A stretch of 40,863 nucleotides of DNA from a virus (Duplodnaviria > Caudoviricetes), in IMG/VR virus record IMGVR_UViG_3300017766_000521, positions 1 to 40,863 of that record. The stretch is one strand, 5' to 3'. Every line of letters begins with the position of its first letter. Positions within the stretch are counted from its first letter, which is position 1. Below are positions 35,749-40,863 of the stretch, in pieces. A program made the position numbers and the translations under genes. The notes beneath the pieces are model-generated. The model was not told the DNA's origin. It ran no database searches and was given only the letters and a program-made list of their open reading frames with translations.

Positions 35749-38093
35749 ATGCGCTTCCTTGATCTGAGGGTAAGTTCACCCTGCCATTCCGCTGCGCCAA
35801 ACGCTGACGGGAAGGGGGTGTCATTGGTTATCCAGATTTTAGCGTTGGTGTTCCTAGCCATGACCGGCACACGGTACACACCAGAGTCAAACGCCTGTTT
35901 GCCTAGGGGCTCATTCACGTCACCCACGGTCTTGGCGCTAAACCCTACTGAGATCAGGTCTCGACCGGGTGACTGGAGGTACACCTTGAAATAAGCGGTA
36001 TCATGATACTCCAGAGACAGGTAACGCAACTGTAGACGAGCGTCCAAGATGACAACCTCTCCCTGACCTTTTGCTTGCCGGGGATACAGGGTCGAGAACT
36101 CGTGTAGCAGCGTATACGGGATTCCCACTTTGATGGTGTGGGTAGTCACGTCACCAGACACACGTACCTGAGTGCTAGACAGGCTAGACACTGAGTGCCT
36201 AATGCCAGACACAGTGCCATAACTGGAGATAACCTCCGGTGTGACTGTGGTGGAATAGGGTAGCGTGATGGTCGTGTAGTCAGTGGCTGGATTGTACGTC
36301 TTGACAGTGGCGGTAGCCAGCCGGTCAAGCAGGATACGATAGTTCTCAGCCGTGTCGAACACGTCTTCGTCAAACCTGATGCTCTCCAAGAACATCCCGC
36401 TTGGACGCTGGATAATCAGGTAGAGTGATGAGCCTGAGAAAGCTGCCCAGTGTATCTTGGTGCAGTCAGCAAAGGTCCACTTGTTCCAAGAGGTTTGAAC
36501 CTTGCGTTCACCGGCCCAGAAGAACCTGTAGTAGTATAGGCTGGTAGGGTCATTGACGCTGGACAGGAGCACACTGTTAGCCCTGTTTGAACCAGCCATG
36601 AACGAGATGTCAGACGGTACATACTCAGGTACAGGCGACGTAACCTCTTCAGCCTCGTCAGCCGCTACGTTCTCCTTGGGGAAATATTCGAACAGCTTGG
36701 TGTAATTGTAGTCCTCACGGTCATCCACGAAGTAAAGACTGTTGCCCATGTTAAGCGGGCGAACGCGGGAGGACACGTTGAAGGACGTGGTGTACTTGAT
36801 CTGAATGGTCTTAGCAGCAAGGTAATTCTGATAGCTAAGCCTGAATTGATTGTTGTTGGACATAAGCAGCAAGTCCCTGTTGTAAGGAACTGCGTGCTGG
36901 AGGATGTCAACATTGTTATGGAGGACGGCTATGTCGATGCGCTCAGAGTCAAGCGTCTGCGTCGTAGTGGTCCGATAGAAGTTTTCGAACTTGTCAGCCT
37001 CAGACAGGATGACGTTCTCGTCAGCCAAGAAGCCTAGGCGAGCATTGTAGACAAAGATGTCGTTGATCTTGACGCCTACAAAGGAGGGGGACTGGTTGCT
37101 ATCAGCATCACCGCAGACCCTCTTTTCCCATACGTGCTTCTTAAAGGTCCACGTCCCGTTAGTCTCACGAACGAGGACATGTGGCATGGTAGCCGTGTCC
37201 AACTGTTCACCTTGGTTCCAACCCACGGTCTCAACCCAGACGCCCTTGCGGTAGACCACGTAGTAGTCATCGCCAGCCTCGTCTACATCGCCCTGAACAG
37301 TGACAATCAAGCCTTCAGGAGCGTTAGGAGGGAGGTCAGAAAAGGATTGGACCTTGTTTCGAAACCCCTTGAGCGACTTGTCACCACTGCCAGCCTGTAG
37401 CTGAATAATGTCAGACGCTGCTAGGTTGGTGATCGTCAGGGTAGAGCCTGTCTTGACCACGGTATAACCAGCGGCTTCCAAGTCAGTCTTAAGTTCGCCA
37501 GCGATGACGCCAGTGTCTGGAACAGAGCTAGCAGCGTCAACACCCTTTGGCGTCAGGTATTCAGCCTTGAGGACATTGTTGATGTAGATGCTGTAGTAGG
37601 TGTTGGCGTTAGCCTGTGCGACATAGATCGTGCCACGGGTAGACGGGTCAAGCCGGGTTTCAGCATTGAATGGCTCAGCGACAGCCGTCTTTCCAACCGT
37701 GATGTTACGGTTAGCTATGAACGTGTAGTCACCAAAGGTCACAAAGCGAAACGTGTCTACCGGGGAGCTAGCAGCGAGGTACGCCTTGCCATCAGGGAAG
37801 TTCACCGTGGCGAACGAGCCTGTGTTCAGGTCTAGAACCTTGAGATCACCTTCAGCTATAAACGAGATGTACCGATAGGCAGCGTTGCGCTCGATCAGGT
37901 AGCCAGCCGCACCGTTAGGCAGGGTAAGCGAGAGGCTAGCAATGTGTTCAGTGCTAGGCCGTTTGAGGAGGCCAGACACCACGGAGGGCATGGCGTTCTC
38001 AGTGCGCTCACTGGTGGTAGCCAGTCGCAGGGCAGGGGGCTGTTGGGATACGCCGCCTACAAGGTTAGGGATCGAGCCAGAGATTAGGGCCAT
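35745..38093 (-). CDS. Tail tubular protein B (gp12-like)
   Basis: SIPNLVGGVSQQP, GLLKRP, TMPHVLVR, PSFVG, RLGFL, QTSWNKW. Confidence 0.95.
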   Translation of the reverse strand: MALISGSIPNLVGGVSQQPPALRLATTSERTENAMPSVVSGLLKRPSTEHIASLSLTLPNGAAGYLIERNAAYRYISFIAEGDLKVLDLNTGSFATVNFPDGKAYLAASSPVDTFRFVTFGDYTFIANRNITVGKTAVAEPFNAETRLDPSTRGTIYVAQANANTYYSIYINNVLKAEYLTPKGVDAASSVPDTGVIAGELKTDLEAAGYTVVKTGSTLTITNLAASDIIQLQAGSGDKSLKGFRNKVQSFSDLPPNAPEGLIVTVQGDVDEAGDDYYVVYRKGVWVETVGWNQGEQLDTATMPHVLVRETNGTWTFKKHVWEKRVCGDADSNQSPSFVGVKINDIFVYNARLGFLADENVILSEADKFENFYRTTTTQTLDSERIDIAVLHNNVDILQHAVPYNRDLLLMSNNNQFRLSYQNYLAAKTIQIKYTTSFNVSSRVRPLNMGNSLYFVDDREDYNYTKLFEYFPKENVAADEAEEVTSPVPEYVPSDISFMAGSNRANSVLLSSVNDPTSLYYYRFFWAGERKVQTSWNKWTFADCTKIHWAAFSGSSLYLIIQRPSGMFLESIRFDEDVFDTAENYRILLDRLATATVKTYNPATDYTTITLPYSTTVTPEVISSYGTVSGIRHSVSSLSSTQVRVSGDVTTHTIKVGIPYTLLHEFSTLYPRQAKGQGEVVILDARLQLRYLSLEYHDTAYFKVYLQSPGRDLISVGFSAKTVGDVNEPLGKQAFDSGVYRVPVMARNTNAKIWITNDTPFPSAFGAAEWQGELTLRSRKRM

Positions 38094-38689
38094 TAGTAGC
38101 CTCCTCTAGCGAAATGCCCTCTTGAGAGAATTGAATAGGTCTGCCACGAGTCCGTGAGCATGTTGTAGTCGCCAGTGTCAGCCTCTGCTTGGAGCAGGGT
38201 GAGCCATGCACGACCTTCTTCTTCTTTGTTGAACTTGGAGATTGTTTCTGAGCCAAGCACCCGCTGTTGAAATAGGCGTGCGGCTTTATACGTCACGTAA
38301 TTCTTGGCTGCCAGAGGTAAGTCCTCGAATGGCAACAGGACGTAGATACGGAGTTTGAGAGGTTTCTCAAAGGAATAAGAATTGTCAGTCCGGTTAAACA
38401 GGCGACCGCCACGTTGGATAACGTCGGTATAACGATCATCCTCGATGGTATCGATGCGAGCCGTGTTAGCGGGCAGTAAGATTTCTTTGTTTGCGTTTGG
38501 GCTAAGGACGTGGCGTTCACGGTTCCAGTGCCAGCCTTCAGCCTGAACTGACCTCGATACCTCGTCAACAATGTCAGAGGCGATCTGGGCGTCTACGGAC
38601 GCGCCATCGAGGGTGTTGATGACTGGTTCGCCCATCGATGACAAACAGATGTTCACGGCGTCCAGTTTGGTCATTGGCGTGTTAGCCAT
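38093..38689 (-). CDS. Tail tubular protein A (gp11-like)
   Basis: TKLDAVNICLSSMGE.P, VQAEGWHWN, FEDLP...Y.T..AAR.FQ; start ATG 38689. Confidence 0.95.
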   Translation of the reverse strand: MANTPMTKLDAVNICLSSMGEPVINTLDGASVDAQIASDIVDEVSRSVQAEGWHWNRERHVLSPNANKEILLPANTARIDTIEDDRYTDVIQRGGRLFNRTDNSYSFEKPLKLRIYVLLPFEDLPLAAKNYVTYKAARLFQQRVLGSETISKFNKEEEGRAWLTLLQAEADTGDYNMLTDSWQTYSILSRGHFARGGY

Positions 38690-38711
38690 CGACGGTCTCC
38701 ACACAATGGAT

Positions 38712-38748
38712 AAAAAGGAAAAAGGGAGAGCCGGTTAAGGCCCTCCCC
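38712..38748 (-). terminator. T-phi-like intrinsic terminator after the capsid gene
   Basis: GGGAGGGCC-TTAACC-GGCTCTCCC-TTTTTCCTTTTT. Confidence 0.85.
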
Positions 38749-38759
38749 AGAAAGAAGGA

Positions 38760-39722
38760 TCACGCCTTCTTGATTTCGTAGATGCACTCGGGGCGAAGCA
38801 CGCCGTGACCCACGAGCATCTTCGACAGCATGAGCGTGGTCTGACGACGCACGTCCCACTCCATCTCAGAAGCGAGGTCCATCAGCTTCACGGTGCCAAG
38901 AGCCTGCGGGTGCATGACCAGCGCAAGGGTCTTGGACGCATCAACAGCGTACTTGGACGAGTAGTCCGGGTACGTGCCGGTGGCAGCCGTGTGATCGACA
39001 GCGAGGTTGTTCGTCTTGACGATCTTCATGCCAGCCACGTTGATGACCGTGCCATCCGAGTAGACGCCGTTCGAGCCGCCAAAGTCCTTGTTCAGGATTT
39101 TGTCGTTCGTCACGATGCCCCAGTAGACGGCGGGGGACACGAACACGTAGCGGTCAGAGTCGGGGATGTTGTTCTCATCCATCTTCTGAGCGGCGGCGTA
39201 GATCGCAGCAATGGTGTCAGCAACGGTCGGAGCAGCGCCGAGGGTGGCCGAGTAGGCGTTCGCCTGACCGACAGCACCAACGCCGAGACCACCAGCACCC
39301 GTGTCACGAGCGGCCTTCACAGCCAGCGAGAACAGGTTGCGGTCATAGGTCTGGGCGAGCGCGTCACCGATCTGACGGCTGTACTCAGAGCGGACTTCGA
39401 AGTGCGACATCGCCTCGTCAACGTCGGAGATCGACGCATGGGCGATGAGCTTGTCATCAATGGTGATGACCTTCTCATCCGTCTGGATAGCGTTACCGAG
39501 GATTTCAGCACCCGGCGTGTGGTACTCAGCAACAGTGCGACCGATGGCCGGGAACTGAGCGGACTTACCGGACGAGATGTTGCGAACACGGGTCTTGTCC
39601 GCCATTACAGTCTTGTTGTTGAACGTGGTGAGGACTTCGCCGCTAAACACCTTCAAAAAGAGTTCACGCTTGTCAGCACCGCCCTTAACTGCGCCAAAGC
39701 GCGACGGGGTAGAGTTAGCCAT
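38760..39722 (-). CDS. Major capsid protein (gp10-like)
   Basis: LFLKVFSGEV, GKSAQFP, ITIDD, RSEYS.Q.G.ALA..YD, GHGVLRPEC; strongly optimised codons. Confidence 0.97.
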   Translation of the reverse strand: MANSTPSRFGAVKGGADKRELFLKVFSGEVLTTFNNKTVMADKTRVRNISSGKSAQFPAIGRTVAEYHTPGAEILGNAIQTDEKVITIDDKLIAHASISDVDEAMSHFEVRSEYSRQIGDALAQTYDRNLFSLAVKAARDTGAGGLGVGAVGQANAYSATLGAAPTVADTIAAIYAAAQKMDENNIPDSDRYVFVSPAVYWGIVTNDKILNKDFGGSNGVYSDGTVINVAGMKIVKTNNLAVDHTAATGTYPDYSSKYAVDASKTLALVMHPQALGTVKLMDLASEMEWDVRRQTTLMLSKMLVGHGVLRPECIYEIKKA

Positions 39723-39883
39723 AATAAAATGCCTTCCGAATAATAATTGTGGGTTTGAAAAGTGAGTTGTTAGGAGGGCCTAAGAAATGAGGCCCTAGAA
39801 TCGAACTCGTCCCACCTAAACGCGGTTATCCTATCGTTGCTCCCTCAAGAGCTATTGTTGGGCCGGAAGGTTAGTCCTTGTTC

Positions 39884-40096
39884 TTACTTTTTAGAGCGGT
39901 TCACGCTCTTGGAGACGATCCGCAAGTTCGACATCCGGTTATCTTTGGGATTGCCGTTCTTGTGGTCTACGTCTTTACCTTTTAGAGCCGCTGCGCCGTG
40001 CTTCTTAATCATAAGTCTGCGAGCGCGGTGTCTTGCAGCATCTTCGGCACGGTGCGCTCTACGGTATGCTTTGTCGTAGGTGTAATCACGCGCCAT
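39884..40096 (-). CDS. Small basic HNH endonuclease-like protein
   Basis: GKDVDHKNGNPKDNRMSNLRIVSKSVNRS. Confidence 0.8.
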   Translation of the reverse strand: MARDYTYDKAYRRAHRAEDAARHRARRLMIKKHGAAALKGKDVDHKNGNPKDNRMSNLRIVSKSVNRSKK

Positions 40097-40125
40097 AATA
40101 AAGGTCCAAATGAAAGACGGGTGGT

Positions 40126-40863
40126 TTACATAATGTCAGACCGTTCCAGCTTCCGTTCGACGTCTCGACGGAACGCAGGGTCTTTCTGATAACGAGGGTC
40201 AGACATGTCTTTCTGAAGTTCCGCCAATGAGCGATAGACTTCAGCAGTCGCAGAGACGTTCTCGCCCTTAACGGATCGAGACGGCTCAAATCCGGCTTCG
40301 GCTTTAAACCGGGCCTGTAGACCCTTGGTAGCCATGTTAGCCATGTTGATGTCGCCAGAGTTGACAGCGCGATTATATGCGTCGATTTCGCTCTGGGAGA
40401 GGTTGTCAGATGCCCACGAGATCATCTCAGTGTAAGCATCTCGTCCACCAACTGTGGACATAACGGTGTTCTCGAATTGAGAAGTCTTTAGGGCGATGTA
40501 CTCATCAACGAGAGCCTTGGGGATGCCCTTGGTCTCTAGTGCGGTATAGTCCTCCGCATCAAGTTCACCCTTATCCCAAAACTTCTGAGACAAGACCTGA
40601 AGATCAAGGCCAGCATCTTCAACCGCCTTCTCAGCGGCGTCATCAGCTTCTTGGACGGTCTCTTCCGTCTTAGCCTCTTCAGTGGGGGTGGGCTCTTCTT
40701 TATTCTGAGAGCCCATTTTCTTTTCAAGTTCAGAGTATGCCTTTGCTAGGTCTTCAACGCTCTTGAACTTTTCAGGGAGCCATTCTGGACGTTCTTCTTC
40801 ACCAGCATCGCTAGCCTCATTAGTTTCTTCTGTCTGAGGTTCGTCGTACTTAGCTGCTTCCTC
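40126..40863 (-). CDS. Capsid scaffolding protein (gp9-like), 5' truncated
   Basis: Frame open to the window end: RPEWLPEKFKSVEDLAKAYSELEKKMG...VGG..AY....WA...MSDPRY.KDPAFR..VE.KL. Confidence 0.92.
   Translation of the reverse strand, partial: EEAAKYDEPQTEETNEASDAGEEERPEWLPEKFKSVEDLAKAYSELEKKMGSQNKEEPTPTEEAKTEETVQEADDAAEKAVEDAGLDLQVLSQKFWDKGELDAEDYTALETKGIPKALVDEYIALKTSQFENTVMSTVGGRDAYTEMISWASDNLSQSEIDAYNRAVNSGDINMANMATKGLQARFKAEAGFEPSRSVKGENVSATAEVYRSLAELQKDMSDPRYQKDPAFRRDVERKLERSDIM

Noticed and set aside
38671-38800. T7 10B-like capsid frameshift extension
   Set aside because: No slippery sequence seen near the stop; a terminator follows at once and the alternative frame is short and featureless.
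38805-39743. 312-aa plus-strand ORF antisense to the capsid gene
   Set aside because: Shadow of strong capsid codon bias; no RBS or recognisable motifs; all credible genes are on the minus strand.

Overview
Nearly the whole genome of a temperate T7-like podophage (Autographiviridae-type); every credible gene is on the minus strand. The window is circularly permuted: it starts inside a class II ribonucleotide reductase and ends inside the scaffold gene, so the portal gene and the RNR C-terminal half fall outside it. Minus-strand order: scaffold, HNH, capsid, tail tube A/B, gp13-16 ejection proteins, three fibre genes, lysis cassette, terminase, speD, phoH; then a non-coding genome-end junction with a G-rich phased repeat array; then early genes (ArdC-like, MarR-like repressor, tyrosine integrase), an intact attP, single-subunit RNA polymerase, and the replication and nucleotide-metabolism genes. 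The most interesting material is non-coding. (1) attP carries the 5' half of tRNA-Arg(CCT), so integration would swap promoters between the host tRNA and the phage RNAP operon, whose 5' end is rich in AGG codons. (2) About 10 copies of a pseudo-palindromic TACAYNNRTG(TA) motif overlap host-type promoters and ribosome binding sites. (3) A ~230-bp AT-rich imperfect palindrome lies upstream of RNAP. (4) A telomere-like C/G-run array with ~10-bp period sits at the genome-end junction. An alphaproteobacterial host is inferred, not shown. All assignments come from motifs and synteny read by eye; no searches were run.
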